Positions 1-31,284 are shown, numbered from the stretch's first letter. The stretch: DNA of 64,000 nt from Hormiphora californensis (GCA_020137815.1 CM035353.1:4216001-4280000); one strand, 5' to 3'. Notes: generated from the sequence alone by a model not told the origin. Made by a program: numbers and translations.

Positions 1-224
1 TCCCGAGTCTCCCCCGGGGAGGGAGGGGTAGGTTGTTGCTGTGTAGATAGAGAGAGAGAAGACAAAGATTGTACTGCAACACAATAATGTGACATACTGC
101 CGAGGTATCTCTGGCAGAATTTCCTGTTCCTCCTGTTTTTGTTTCTCCTGTTCCTCCTGTTTTTGGCTCTCCTGTTGCTGTTGTCTTTGGGGGGAGATAT
201 TTCCTTTCAGCCGCTTTCCCATCC
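1..224 (-). CDS. Exons of an unidentified gene running off the left edge (98-224 and <1-38), Q/E/P-rich low-complexity peptide
   Basis: Minus strand: tatag|GATGGGAAAG...CCTCGGCA|gtatgt and ctacacag|CAACAACC; open frame DGKAAERKYLPQRQQQQESQKQEEQEKQKQEEQEILPEIPR. Confidence 0.45.
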
Positions 225-228
225 TATA

Positions 229-790
229 ACAAGAATTATTGCATTATGTATTCATAATGCTGTGTTTCCCTGCCCTACCGTTTCACATGTCAGTGACATT
301 GTCACTGCCAACAGGATCAAGGCTTGGTCATAATGTAATGTGAGATGCATACGATCTAGCTGTCAGTATACTTCTCACATAGCTTAGAGTTAGCTAACTC
401 CCAATCACATGATACTTGCTAACCAGCTTTTGACATTCCAACTTAACTACTTATCTAACATCTCACACTCGACTCGCAAGATGAAAATGTGTATGTAACA
501 CGCGAAACGCGCGGCAGAGCATTTCATGTTTTGTTGAGTGGCGCGCGCACACACGTCCATGAAACTGTGCCAATGAGGTGTTTGATGAAGGAGTAGCTCG
601 TCACTGTGCGCGCGGCTCTAGTTGCTACACCGTTGCCCTCGCAACGAAAGTGTGACCAAAAAATGTCCCTCTACCGATTAGTTAGTATACCAAAATGTCG
701 TTTTCGAATTCTAACCCTGCTATGCCTTTTTACAAAGTAAAAAGGCATCCGGGTGAATGCCTTCGGCATTCACCCGGGCAGGGAAAAAAT
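229..790. mobile_element. Non-autonomous Helentron/HINE (DINE-1-like) element, copy 1
   Basis: Starts AACAAGAATTATTGCATTATG; subterminal inverted repeat TTTCCCTGCCC (~265) / GGGCAGGGAAA (~776); hairpin CCGGGTGAATGCCTTCGGCATTCACCCGG; same ends recur at 994-1649 and 19486-19868. Confidence 0.6.
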
Positions 791-993
791 CAGCTGTTGT
801 AAAATGTAAGCACGTATACACGTTAAAACTCTTTAAAATGAGCTCTTATAAGAACCAGACAAATTCTTTAAAATCATGCGAATCATAATGAGTTATACAA
901 ATCTAAAAAAGAAAGGCTTATCACTTAAACAAATCTAAAAAAGAGAGGCTAAAAAGGAGGGTATAAAAACATGTATCATAACAATTCCCGATT

Positions 994-1649
994 AACAAGA
1001 ATTATTGCATTATGTATTCATAATGCGGTGTTTCCCTGCCACAAATGGATTTAAAATTGATGAATAAGCTTCAAAACTGGATTTCCTGACGAATTTTGTG
1101 CTCAAAGAGCATTTTTGGCCGATGCGATGTTGGTTACTAAGGTAACTAGGTAAGTTGCTATGGTAACCAAAGCAGTTGCTATGGTAACCAAAGCAGTTGC
1201 TATGGTAACCAAGACAGTTGCTTTGGCAGCCAAGGCAGTTGCTAAGGAGACCCCAGTTAGTTACCAAGTGCTTCAACTTTAACCGCATCTCAACTCGAGC
1301 CACTAGTGTGACAGTAGTTTCATGCTTGGAAGACGTTCAACCACTTCATAGCATGGCTGTAGGGCGCCCAAAGTGATTTCAGGTGATAGTGGGAAGTGCT
1401 ATCAGCGAGTAATTGCGCGCCACAATGTGTGTAAATCATTTCCTTTGTTGAATCAACGAAGCGTGAGATGAAAGTTTTATGAAGGAGCAGACTTGTTGTT
1501 AGGCGTTGTCCGTGACGGACGGACGGACACTTTTAGTTAACTACACAATCTGCTGATTTCTAAACCCTGAATGATCTTTTTAGCACACGTGCTAAAAAGA
1601 CCATCCGGGTGAATGCCCTTCGGGCATTCACCCGGGCAGGGAAAAAATA
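994..1649. mobile_element. Helentron/HINE-like element, copy 2
   Basis: Same termini and hairpin as 229-790; internal 21-bp GTTGCTATGGTAACCAAAGCA repeats and a (GACG)n microsatellite at ~1514, reminiscent of HINE/DINE-1 GTCY tracts. Confidence 0.6.
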
Positions 1650-1740
1650 CAACATTCCTGTATAGTAGGCCTAACTTGCCTAGCTCGAACCTAAAAGAGG
1701 GTTAGAACATAATAAGGCCTGTCAGAGACAGCTCGTTAAA

Positions 1741-3985
1741 TTAGAGAGTGTCTCTCATTTTGATACCGAATACACCACCAATCCTCTTCTCCCACTCGCC
1801 ATCCAGCTCCCTGCTATGCTCCTCCTTTAGTTCCTCCCTCCAACTACCCACCTTACCCTTCCGGATAAACTTGCTGCCCACCGCCTTTACACTACCGTCT
1901 CGCCAGTTGTAGTTTACCTTAGGGTTCGCTGCCATACTGGAGAACATGCTGCTGGAGGTTATACGGGATATCTTATCAGCAGAACAGTCTAGCCCCAGGA
2001 ACCTGTAGAGAGAGGGGTGCCGCTTTTAATTTTACAAGTAAAAGATTTATTTTATTTGTAAGTTTACAAATAAAATAAATCTAAATATTTTACTAGAGGG
2101 GGAGGTACTGGATACCAAAATCAATATTTAGTGGGAGGAATGAAGGGGAGGTAAGAAAGGCATATGTGCCAAACTACAACAACACATTACCCAACAATGC
2201 GTTTGATTTCCCTCTCCAGGTCCTCAACCATTGCCTCGTATGTTACAAAGAGGATGTCATCTCTGTGTTGTTGCTCCAGCCACCCAGATAGGTGGTCAAA
2301 GTAATCTCTGTTGAGAGTTTAACATCAATTACAAAAACACACAATATATTTTACACACAACTCACTTTATTTTCAAATATAATAACGTACAAACTACTAT
2401 GAAGAATAACTATGGATTATATACTATCGGTGGAAGGACTAAATTCTTTGAGGAACTTACCCATTTTCGCTGATACCAGGTTTACTAAATATCTCCTTGT
2501 AAAACTGGTCCAGTGTTCCAGTGTAGCCATAGTGACCAATAAACACTCTGACCATGTGGTTGTAATAGGAGCAGACGACATCCTTGGGATTCCTATAACA
2601 GAAGATGTACCTGGGGGGGGGGGGGACATAATGGATGAATTGAGGCCTTCGGTAGATCGGAGATGTGGAATCAATCTTGAATGGACAAAATATAAACTCG
2701 AATGCATTGCGAGTTTGACTTTTCGTCCGAAAATAAATCCAAAACCCGTAGATGTTACTACATTTACCTGACACCTTCTCCCTTTGGAATCCAACGCCAT
2801 TGATCATGTGTTTTTAGAATTCTAGGAGACTTCATAGCGTCCACATGGGCCTGGCTAAACTCTTCCAACCAGGGTACGGCCTCGTTAATGTTTGGCACAT
2901 GTTCACCCTGCAAAACAGAACTTGGTTACGAAGCACCCCTTTTACGAAGTCACCCCTTTTATTGCATACAGGAGTTATTATAACGGAGCTGGGTAATTTC
3001 ATTACCAATGATAGTCTGGCAGGTAATTTGAACCTTCAGAACACATGGTAATACCACATGCACATACAACTGTATAATGTGTTCTGTAATGGTATCTACA
3101 ACTGTGCAAGTGACACTGGTACATATCTCGAATAATGTGTACATATCTCGAATAATACATATCTCGAATAATGTGTACATATCTCGAATAATGTGTACAT
3201 ATCTCGAATGATGTGTAGGTATACCTGTGGATGATCGTAAAGCTGGTTAAGGATGTGCTGCAGCCATGTAGTTCCACTCTTTTGGTAAGTGGCAATGAAC
3301 ACATCATCCACCCTTGTCTTGTGTTTTTCTTTCACTTCCTAGAGATCACATATCATCATCATATTCTGCAGCTGTATAGCCAACTAGTAATAAAAGATAA
3401 ACAACGATTTTGCAGTACTAATATTCAATTAAGAACAGGAGCTTTCGACTGATCTATGTCAGACGTCTTCAGCCGACTAGTAGTAGTACTATAGTAGTAC
3501 CTACTTATAATATACTAGCGCACCCATTGGGTGCGCCTCAAGTAAGGGTTTTTTGATAACCCACCCGGCTTCGCCGAGTGGTTCTTTTCGCCACTTTTTC
3601 CATGGCAACTGAATTGGTAACTATGGGGACTGGCATGTTAAAAGGCATTCGAAAATATTAATAAACTTTCACTGGAAGTTCCAAAACTGTGAGTAACAGC
3701 TTTACAGCTTTGGGCACATAGAGTGTTTTATGAAGGAGCAGTCTGTCGCTTAGATACCGCCTAACGAACGGCCATCACTTCGACGTTCATCTCTAAATTA
3801 TAATAGAGATTTTCAAAATACACTGGCTAATCTAACGACGACTTTTATAAGCGGTGGGTACATGTCTAACTTATTGAGTTATCTGGGGGTACCCTGGTAG
3901 TACTTACTAGCATCCGTTCTGGAGTTATGAAATCTGGAATCGGTACTCCATCGTACAGGCAGTGCTTGTAGGGGATCTCACTCAT
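1741..3985 (-). CDS. Cytosolic (SULT-family) sulfotransferase, 6 coding exons: 3908-3985, 3225-3338, 2768-2907, 2461-2610, ~2192-2308, 1741-2002
   Basis: GT-AG exons splice in frame: MSEIPYKHCLYDGVPIPDF...DDVFIATYQKSGTTW (5'-PSB loop), PRILKTH, YRNPKDVVCSYY (3'-PB), YFDHLSGW, FIRKGKVGSW. Confidence 0.92.
3119..3210. repeat. Intronic ~20-bp tandem repeat (GTACATATCTCGAATAATGT)n
   Basis: About 5 copies just inside the donor of SULT intron 2. Confidence 0.85.
3515..3809 (-). mobile_element. Non-autonomous Helitron in SULT intron 1
   Basis: On minus: A|TCTCTATTATAATTT ... hairpin GCGCACCCAATGGGTGCGC, CTAG|T; homologous to 55226-55755. Confidence 0.8.
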
Positions 3986-4034
3986 AACAGTAGCTAGCAG
4001 AGTTTACGTTTTAAGTTGACACTATTCGCTAATA

Positions 4035-4992
4035 CCGCGTGGGCCAATAAAAAGGGAGGGTCTTAAATCTTAGATTTCTCCGGCACCTTAATTCCAATGG
4101 TTCTGAAATTTTGACACAATGTTCATGAGCTTATGCCAGATATGTGTACAGAGTTTCAAGTCCAAAAATGCAAAAATTCATTAATGACCCTAAATTCATG
4201 ATTTTAAGCCAATGTAGGTTTTCTCTATTCGTTTTTTTCCCGTTTTTTAGGGACCTCTTTTGCACTCCACGCCGGATATGTGATACTGGGTACAACAAAG
4301 GAAATTCGAGACATATTGCAATCTTGCTAACATGATTTTGTCACAACCTGATTACGTTTTTCTTGCTTACATGGAGGTCACATTACGCTTGTTGTTACCA
4401 ATCAGTATAGGCATTGGTAAGCTTCCATTAGCAAGGTTTCGATTTGCTAATGTCTCAACTAACGGTTTGTTAATGAACTATCAGTTAAATGTTAATTTAT
4501 GCAGTTATTAACGAAAATTTGAAAATTTAAAAAAAATTAATTTTTTTAATTTAACAGTTTTTCAAACCAGAATGAACTTAAATGATTAAAGCATAACCCA
4601 GCTAGGTTTTGATTTCATCTCTACAGTGCAAATTTCTCATTTTCAGCGAAAATATGTTTTTTGAAAAAATGATCATTTTTAATTCATTAATTTCACCCAC
4701 TAAACTTTATTCATTTTCAATGAAATTTCAGATTGCCATTGAAAAATGTTAATACTATTGAGTGGCTACAATTTTGCGATCCAAATCGACTTGGAACAAG
4801 GGAAAACCTCCAATTAACTATAAAAAAAGGAATTTCGGTTCATTAATGAATTTCTGCATTTTTGGACTTGAAACTCTGTACACATATCTGGCATAAGCTC
4901 ATGAACATTGTGTCAAAATTTCAGAACCATTGGAATTAAGGTGCCGGAGAAATCTAAGATTTAAGACCCTCCCTTTTTATTGGCCCACGCGG
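4035..4992. mobile_element. Tc1/mariner-type non-autonomous TIR element
   Basis: ~150-bp TIRs beginning CCGCGTGGGCCAATAAAAAGGG, flanked by TA on both sides. Confidence 0.85.
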
Positions 4993-5179
4993 TATAAGCA
5001 CACGAGAATGAGTTAAGTTAATGTCACGCACATTCAGGTGACGCCCACCTATCAGTGACTGATTCGCAATCACAGCTCAGAACATGCGGATCACAAAAGC
5101 TGTTCTGTGCTGTGATCGGTCGGCCTGACCTGATTGAATTTTGTTCGACCTGAACATTTCCGAGTGTGCTCATATGGTT

Positions 5180-5414
5180 TAGTAGGAGCGCTTAGATCAC
5201 GCACGTGCGAAAGTCGTGCGCCACCCTAAGTTTAGGCTACTGTCACTCCTTTGCTTTGCATCGAATCAACCCTCAAGTTTTCGAAAGATCTTGTCAAGAT
5301 CTACAAAAAACTTGGGGTCATTTATTGATTCGATGCAAAGCAAAGGAGTGACAGTAACCTAAACTTAGGGTGGCATGCGACTTTTGCACGTGTATGATCT
5401 AAGCGCTCCTACTA
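5180..5414. mobile_element. Hairpin MITE
   Basis: ~90-bp inverted arms TAGTAGGAGCGCTTAGATCA...GCATCGAATCAA / TTGATTCGATGC...TGATCTAAGCGCTCCTACTA. Confidence 0.75.
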
Positions 5415-5454
5415 GTTACGGCTATCGTTCCGAACGATTCGTTCGGGTTAGGGT

Positions 5455-5577
5455 TAAAGTCCGTTTCAAGCGACTTGACCCGTAATTCTTGGAATTTGGT
5501 GCATTGCGCGTGTATTTACAAAGGGGAAATCCTGAATTTCCAGGAATCTCAGGTCAAGTCGTTTGAAACGCACTTTA
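5455..5577. mobile_element. Small hairpin MITE
   Basis: TAAAGTCCGTTTCAAGCGACTTGACC / GGTCAAGTCGTTTGAAACGCACTTTA. Confidence 0.55.
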
Positions 5578-5931
5578 GGGCCACATTTTAGAGTTTTCAA
5601 ACCGATGTGAGTGACGAGGACCCATCACCTTCGCGATCTGAGTGCCCGGATCGAATGATGTACAAATACCCCGATTTAACAGTGCAATTAGATGGGGTCA
5701 GCGGCGCCAGACAGAACGAGGGGACGCACACGAGAGGCGAAGGTGACAAAAAAGCAGAAAAAAATGGCCAAAGACATTTTTAATTTCAAACGAGTTGGGT
5801 GGGGCGCGATTATAATCTGAGTGCCTTGGAGCCTGTTTACTGGTGCGCGCTACCAAAAGAGTACACTTAGACCGACTTTTTTTCAAACGGCTATAGCCAC
5901 GCAACCACATGGCAAATTTGAGTAAACTAAA

Positions 5932-6148
5932 GTCGGATTTTTTGAAACTGTCACCCCCCTAGAGTTTTCAAATTTCTTTAAATGACCATAAGTCCGGTTC
6001 CTGATGAGATAGAGACTTGAAATTTGGAAGTTACGAAGATCTTGCTAAGTTCTTCCGAACCACCAAATTTCAAGTCTCTATCTTATCAGGAACCGGAGAT
6101 ATGACAAATTTGTTATTTCAGGGGGGTGACAGTTTAAAAAAATCCGAG
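5932..6148. mobile_element. Foldback/MITE
   Basis: Inverted arms TCGGATTTTTTGAAACTGTCACCCCC...GAGACTTGAAATTTGG / CCAAATTTCAAGTCTC...GGGGGTGACAGTTTAAAAAAATCCGA. Confidence 0.65.
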
Positions 6149-6674
6149 TATAAACGGCATCTGTTAGAGAATCGATAGCCCTAACCGGTAACCCCAAACC
6201 AAACCCTAACCAGACCCTAACGGATAGCCCTAACCCGTCGCGCGCGCTAAAACTACGAATTGTTAGCAATGAAAGGCACCCAGATTTTAACGTTTTCCAG
6301 TTGGGTGCGCACTGCGCGGCGCGCATAATGGGGGCTGCAGCGCATACCAAGCAAATACAAAAACTGCGCGCGTTGTAATTTTCGAGTGAAATTTTCTCCC
6401 AACAAGAAGTTTTGGCCGAACACTTCGGTGGATTTTGGTGCGTTTGATCCAAAAGGTCCTCCGAGAAGGGATGTATTGTCCCTAAAGGGGTCTTTAGCGT
6501 ATTTCAAGACGCTCTGTGCAATACAAAGTAAACACTGAATTTTTAGGGACCCCCTAAAGTCGATTTTTTCAACTGTTCACCACCCTTTTGACTTTTCGTG
6601 TAAGTGTTCGTATACCAAGCCCCACAATAACATCGTATCTAATAACTCCACTGTAACAGTAGTGTGGAGGGAGA

Positions 6675-24605
<17,931 letters not shown>

Positions 24606-25109
24606 GGAGGGAAGTGCGTGGATCAATCTCCCAGAGTGTTCTAGGGGACTATTCTATCTCCCTGCAGGGAATTAACGAATTCCCAGCTATCTCCCAGAGA
24701 GAGAGAGAATGGGGTGGAAAGGACTTCCTATAGAGTTGCTATCATGCGTGTTAGAACTGCCCTCGCACAGAGTGTTTTATTTATTTTTACCCAGTTCTAT
24801 GTGTGCGAGGATTATTTTATCTCTCTATTTTATCAACGACAACATGACCTCGTTATAAAATGATGTTTTAGAGTTCCCACTCTCTCTCCAACTTCACTCA
24901 TCCTACTAGTAACTACACTAACCACACTCTCTCTACTGCACTACTTGCCTCAGAAGCACTCTCCCTAAGCACTCTCCCTACTACTGCACTATTTGCCTCA
25001 ATATCCTCCTCTCTACGTGTAGATTACATGATGTAGTACTGTACTGTTTGTCACACCCTACCCTCCCTACTACTGTAATATTTACCTCAATATATCCTCC
25101 TCTCTAGCA

Positions 25110-25735
25110 ATGACGGAGCTCCAAGAGATAAGGCTGGGTTATACCCCCTCCTCAGCCCCCACCACCACCCTTAGAGTGGACACCAACTGTGGGCCTGTCA
25201 CCGTCACGATGTCCGGGGATCCTGATAACCCATCTCTCTTTCCACTTGTTACTCTTCATGATTTTGGCTTTGATCACGTCTCCCAGTTTCAGACATTTCA
25301 AAAGAGTGGAGAAGAGGCGGCGAGGTTTCTAGCACAGTTCAGAACGTATCACATTGATTTACCTGGTATGAATAGGTTGAAATAGCCTCCTTTGACGTTA
25401 TCCCTCCCATCTCTGACGACATTTAGTATTCGTGACGTCACTCCCTAAATTCGTGACGTCATTCACAATTCGTGACTGTCATTCACTATTCGTGACGTCA
25501 ATCAATATTCGTGACGTGTCACTTTATCCCCGCAGGATGTGAGGAAGGGGCAGGTGATGTTACAGGCCCCGTTCCTACTCTAGATGAACTAGCCTCCATT
25601 ATTGCTCACGTCAGGACATCCTGTAGCATTACTGACAAGATGGTACTGCTGGGAGTGGGTGCTGGAGCCAACATTGGTAATGATCTGTCTGTCTGTTTAT
25701 CTGTCTGTCTGTTTGTCTGTCTGCTTATTTGTTTG

Positions 25736-25766
<31 letters not shown>

Positions 25767-25840
25767 AGAGCTCTCTCTCTCTCTCTCTCTCTCTAGAGCT
25801 CTCTCTCTCTCTCCTCTCTCCCTCTCCCTCTCCCTCTCTC

Positions 25841-25916
<76 letters not shown>

Positions 25917-28900
25917 TCTCCCTCTCTTCAGCAATGCGATACATGACGACCCACACCAAGACTGTGTTGGGTGTGATACTGGTGGAGGCAACCAATGACT
26001 TTGAGAGTTGGACCAAGTGGACACAAGACAAGATTACCGACATGGTAGGTTTCAGGAACCGACCGAATCAGGAAATACTGGTCCCTGATTGGCTGATAAC
26101 CAGTCACGTGACCTAAATAACGAGTTCTGATTGGTTTTTTACTTGTTTCGGTCGGTTCCTGGTAGGTTTAACAGTATAACGCCCAAGTTATAACATCGCC
26201 TAAGTTGTGTCAATTTTATCCGGCGGGCTTTTCATCAAACAATTTACATGTTGGTAATTGCACAAAAACTAACAGGAATTAATTGGCTGAAAGGTGACCC
26301 CTTTTGTCCGGGGTTTTCATTGGTCTCTTTCCTTCTCCCTTTCTGAACGAATGAACGACGTTGACGTTCAACTTGATTTCCGTGTTAAGCTAGTGCACCC
26401 GTGTTATAAAATGAATTCCGTGTGTTCAATGTTATAACATTACATGAGTTCCCTTGTATCATCCCATAATATGTTACAGGTGACTAAGCCGAGTGAAATG
26501 TTTTCTATTAGAAACGAGAAACCCGGTGAGATGGCTAACACGCTACTTGACAAACATTTCGGAAGATCTGCCTCTCCCACCCCCATCTTATCTGATTCTA
26601 GGTAGTGTGTTCTCTCCCCCACTCCCCTACCTGCCTCTCCCACCCCCATCTTATCTGATTCTAGGTAGTGTGTTCTCTCCCCCATCTTATCTGATTCTAG
26701 GTAGTGTGTTCTCTCCCCCACCTTCCAACCCCATCCTGCCTCTCCCACCCCCATCTTATCTGATTCTAGGTAGTGTGTTCTCTCCCCCATCTTCCAACCC
26801 CATCCTAGAACGCAGTTCTAAGAACTGAAAACTATTCAACAGATCTGTCTCTAGTACCGCTCTCTATAACCACTGTTTACACTACAACAGCTGTAACCGT
26901 GTATGTTTAGGAGGTACCTGATTCACCGAATGCTGTCAAATGGAAATGTGAACAACTATCACCGTTACTATGAATCATTCTATACCAGAAAGCCTCTACC
27001 ACCAACTGCGTTTAATGGTATTACATACCTTTAGATCGATAAAACACTGAACACAGTGTTCTCGAAACCTTCTGTCTGTGTTACGATTGTATATTATATC
27101 GTTGTTTATTTTCTGCATATATAAGTTGATTTGACAGATAATTGTAATTAAAACTACCTAATAATCTGACTCACTCTCAGAGAACACTGTGGTTCCTAGC
27201 CTGGTGATATCTGCCCGCCAATCGTGGAGAAACGATGCCTCAGTTGACCTGAGAGCTACCCTTCAGACGGGTGGCAAGGAGGTAATTACCTATTAATGGG
27301 TCATATTATATATATACATAGGTGAATTGTTAAAATAAAAATATTGGGGGGGGGGGGGGGGTCCAGCCCTAAAAAAGCTAAAGGTACCCTGATTTTGGTC
27401 GATGGCTTTTTTTATGTTGGCTTTTTTTAGCTTTTTTAGCCCTACTTTTTATCTTTTTTTCAGCATTCATCTTGACACTTTTCCATTAAATTTTCATCCT
27501 TCCGGACGCCTATTGACTGTATTTGTTCATTTCCTGCACCTTGTTTTACCATACTCAACCGTTTATGTCCATACATAGCAATTTCTGTATCTACCCCTAC
27601 TGCCATTTTCTGGCGAGATTTTTTCGATAAAAATATTATTTTAATTTGATAAAAATAGTTTAAAAATGTTTTAAAAAAGTTCAAAAACGTTATAAAACGT
27701 TATAATAAAAGTTAAAAAAATTAGCGTCAGCGGGATTCGAACCTATATAATATGAATTCACTAAGAACTCAATTTTAGCCCTTTTTAGCTTTTTTTTAGC
27801 TTTTTTTAGCCTATAAAAAGCTAAAAAAGGCTAATAAAAGCTAAAAAAGGCAAAAAAGGGTTAAAAAGCTAAAAAAAGCTAAAAAAGGCTAAAAAAGCTT
27901 AAAAAAGGCTAGTGGTACCCTGATTTTGGCCGATGGCTTAGCTTTTTTTAAGGGCTGGACCCCCCCCCCCCAATATTCACAAACTTCCAAAAGAGTGAAA
28001 CAGAACGGTTCGCCGGTCGTGTCGGGGAGCCAACAAGTCTCGAGTGCTCTGATCATTCAAATCAAAAAGGAGCAGCCTTTAAATACTTTTCATCACAGGC
28101 GCCTTTTAAAAGCATTTTAGATCATCTGTCACGATTTACGAAAAGTATCGGTAAAGTTGTATTGTTCATACTACCGCGGGGGAGGTGCAACAGCACAACG
28201 GTAAAGGGGTGTGTGTGTGTGTGTGTTTTGCACCGCCCGTCATTCCTCCCACTTTACTGCCCCACAATGGTCGGCAGACAACCTATATTAATATCACTCT
28301 TCGCCACCGTCCCCCACACGTAGGGATAATGTTGATGTTGTTCCGGTTTGGGTCCTGGTATTTTGTCGAGCAAGCTCAACATTTCCCTCGAACCTTCGCC
28401 GGCATCACAAGAAGAGTATTTGATACAGTGAATCTAATATTAGACTGACATACCTATATTGTCAGGACAATGGATGGAATTTACCTGTCTCACAGACTGG
28501 TCTTTGGTTACTACTGCTCCAGGGAGCTGTAGAGGTAGGTGGGTTGCCGGATATGACAATACCGTGGGTTCACCATCTAATCGGTGACGGCTGAAATATC
28601 TTATCACACCTCAGGTCTTTGGTCAAAACCGCTAGCAGTACTTATCAGCATGCAACCTGGGGGTCCGGACAGCTAATTTCTTAGCAAGCACAGATAAGCA
28701 TGAAAAACGCTTATGTAAACTTCTGGTGAGCATTTGGCAAATTATCAGCTCCCAGGGGTTGCACTATTGCGGGGTAATTACTTGCCATACGGCGGAGGTG
28801 GCCCTTTGTTATGGCCCAGACCTGCCCTACCTTAATCGTGGGTCCCTTATGATGTGGTTTTGTTGGAATTCCCCGGCCGTAGCGATTCTTGCCCTGTGGT

Positions 28901-31284
28901 TTGCTACTTCTTTCAGGTCGGGATGGTTGGGGATGGTTTAATCGAATAGGTTACTTTTGGCTAGGTTACTTTTGGAGAATTTTACCAAATCAAGTGTGTT
29001 GCTTGATCTGTTTGTTAGTGAGAAGGATTGTTCTAGATATATTGCAAAAGTAGTATGTGGCAAAAATTTGGGCAGAGGTTCCCCAGGGGAATAACCCCTA
29101 TTTTTGCGAGAGAAGGTAACCTCCGTCCGACCAATATGGGATGTTGGACAGGAGGGCTGTTTTAAAGGCTACAGCTGCCGGGTGATTACAAATCATGGGT
29201 TGCCATAATTGAGGGAGGCTAGTTCTCTGGCGTAGAATTTACCCCCATAATTAAATGGGAGACAGCCGAAGGGTCATCAGCAGGAAGCGACCGAATATTC
29301 GGTTCGGTTCGGTTCGGTTCGGAAATTCGGTGTTTTTTGGGCGGTTCGGTTCGGTTCGGTTCGGTAGGAAATTTTGGCCGAACCACCGAATTTTTTGGTC
29401 AAAAAATGCCCAGAAATCGGGCTTTTTCATGCAAAATTTTTCAATTATTTCACGAAAATTGTATGGATTTCAATGTCAATTTCGCCGTATTAACCCTATT
29501 TCGAATCGGTGGTGCTATGTGGAAATGATTTCGCTAGTTAGCGGGTTCGATATGGATTGATTTGATACCTGACTTCCCGTCGAATCGTGTCCTCATGAGA
29601 GCGTCAACAAATTCAGAAACTTTTTTTTCAAAAAATTCATGGAGAGCACCGATCAAGGTGTTAAGAATCATTCTCTGAAATTTTGTAAAAAAGTTTGGAA
29701 AATATTTCGAAGTCAATTTTATGGAAAATTTTCTATGTCAATTTTTGCGTACGAATCGTGTTTCGAATCGGTATTGCTAAGCGGGAGTGATGTTGCTATT
29801 TAGTGGGTCCGAGATGGATTATGCTGATACGTGATCCCCCATCAAATCTAATTAGGAAGTTTAGGGGAAACGATTCATGTTTCAATAAATCCTGCTAATT
29901 AGCGAGAGCACTGCCGCATAGCATCACCGATTCGCAACACGATTCGTACGGCAAAATTGACATAGAATTTTTTTTTCCGAAATTGACTTTGAAATATTTT
30001 ACAAAGATTTTTCACAAAATTAAATGTTTCTCTAAAAATTCATGGAGAGCATCGATCAAGGTATTGAGAATCATTACCTGAAATTTTGTGAAATTTTTTT
30101 TGTGAAAAATATTTTAAGTAAATTATGGTATACGAATCGTGTTTCTAATCGACAATACTAAACGGGAGTGATGTTGGTAATTAGTGGGTCCGAGATGGAT
30201 TGTGCTGATACGTGATCCCCCATCAAATCTAATTAGGAAATTTAGAGAGACACGATTCATGGTTCGTTTAATCCTGCTAATTAGCAATACCATTCCCGTA
30301 TAGCATTGCCGATTCGAAACACGATTCGTACGCAAAAATTGACATAGAAAATTTACGATAAAATTGACTTTGAAAATTTTTTCACAAAATTGACTTTGAA
30401 ATTTTTTCAAACATTTTTTAACAAAATTTCAGAGAATGATTCTCAATACCTTGATCGGTGCTCTCCATGACTTTTTAGAGAAACATTTATACAGAAAAAG
30501 TTTTGTATGGTTCGGTTCGGTTCGGTTCGGTTACCGAAATTCGGTTCGGTTCGGTTCGGTTCGGTTCGGTAAAAAAGTTTTTCAAATTCGGTTCGGTTCG
30601 GTTCGGTGGAAAAAAACCCGGTTCGGTCGTTTCCTGGTCATCAGGCATGCCTAGTAGGCAGAGGCCCTCGGTGATTACAAATCATGGGTTGCCATGTGTA
30701 ACAAGGTTACTGGCTGGGGTGAGATTATCAGTTCAACCGGGATCCTCACTAAGACTCAGCCCGACGACCGACCGACAAACGATCGATCAACGACTGATAT
30801 CAATCGTCAACCAACCGCTCATCAATCGACCGCCGAACCAAATCCCAGCAGGGACCAGCCGCACTGCAAGAGCTCGGTGCCATAGTTGAGTTCGGCAAGG
30901 TCTCTGGCAAAGTTTACTCCCCAAGATTGGGGAGAGAGCCGGTGTGATTTGACCGTAATCACTGGACCATCAGCCAACCAGGTCCACGGCAACGGGACTG
31001 AGCTCGAAGAACTCAGCTGGCACGAAGAACCTGAGTTCCCCCCGCTGAACGGTAAAGGGGTAAATGAGTATGTTGAAAGATCTTTCAACAATCATTTTGC
31101 TAGGGCAAAGTTTTTTTAAGAACTTTGCCTTAGCTAAATGATGTCCTGCCTGGTTGGTAAAAGATCGACCCTAATTTAGGGCTGCTAATTTAGGATTTCC
31201 CCCAATTGCGTACGAAGTAGAACCCTTTCACCATCGGGAGCCAATATACTGAGGTTTGTTAAAAAACTAAGTGTATTCCATTGA
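25110..31284 (+). CDS. NDRG/Ndr-family alpha/beta-hydrolase-fold protein; exons ~25110-25364, 25535-25676, 25932-26044, 26481-26601, 26912-27017, 27181-27281, 28466-28534, last exon tentative 31221-31284
   Basis: [16 protein letters not shown]...[18 protein letters not shown]...YHIDLPG...PTLDELA...[10 protein letters not shown]...VLGVILV...SWTKW match Ndr motifs; 3' end uncertain with apparent indels. Confidence 0.8.
26053..26161 (+). mobile_element. 109-bp hAT-type mini-MITE, copy 1
   Basis: TIR CAGGAACCGACCGAA; 8-bp TSD GTAGGTTT, which is the intron donor itself. Confidence 0.9.
26568..26806 (+). repeat. Irregular tandem array of the NDRG exon-4 end plus donor
   Basis: CCCCATCTTATCTGATTCTAG|GTAGTGTGTTCTCTCCCCC x4. 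Confidence 0.85.
27346..27971. mobile_element. MITE with poly-G/poly-C TIRs and (AAAAAAGCT)n subterminal repeats
   Basis: (G)nTCCAGCCCTAAAAAAGCTA / TAGCTTTTTTTAAGGGCTGGA(C)n; flanks AATATT on both sides; internal tRNA B-box-like GGGATTCGAACC at ~27733. Confidence 0.75.
29281..30636. mobile_element. Non-autonomous hAT element with (TTCGG)n subterminal arrays
   Basis: TIR CAGGAAGCGACCGAA / TTCGGTCGTTTCCTG; 8-bp TSD GTCATCAG; internal direct and inverted repeats. Confidence 0.88.

Noticed and set aside
6178-6240. CCCTAA-like motifs as interstitial telomere
   Set aside because: Degenerate, few copies, not tandem; typical of MITE interiors.
29255-30889. (FGSVR)n ORFs
   Set aside because: Translations of TTCGG subterminal repeats of the hAT element.
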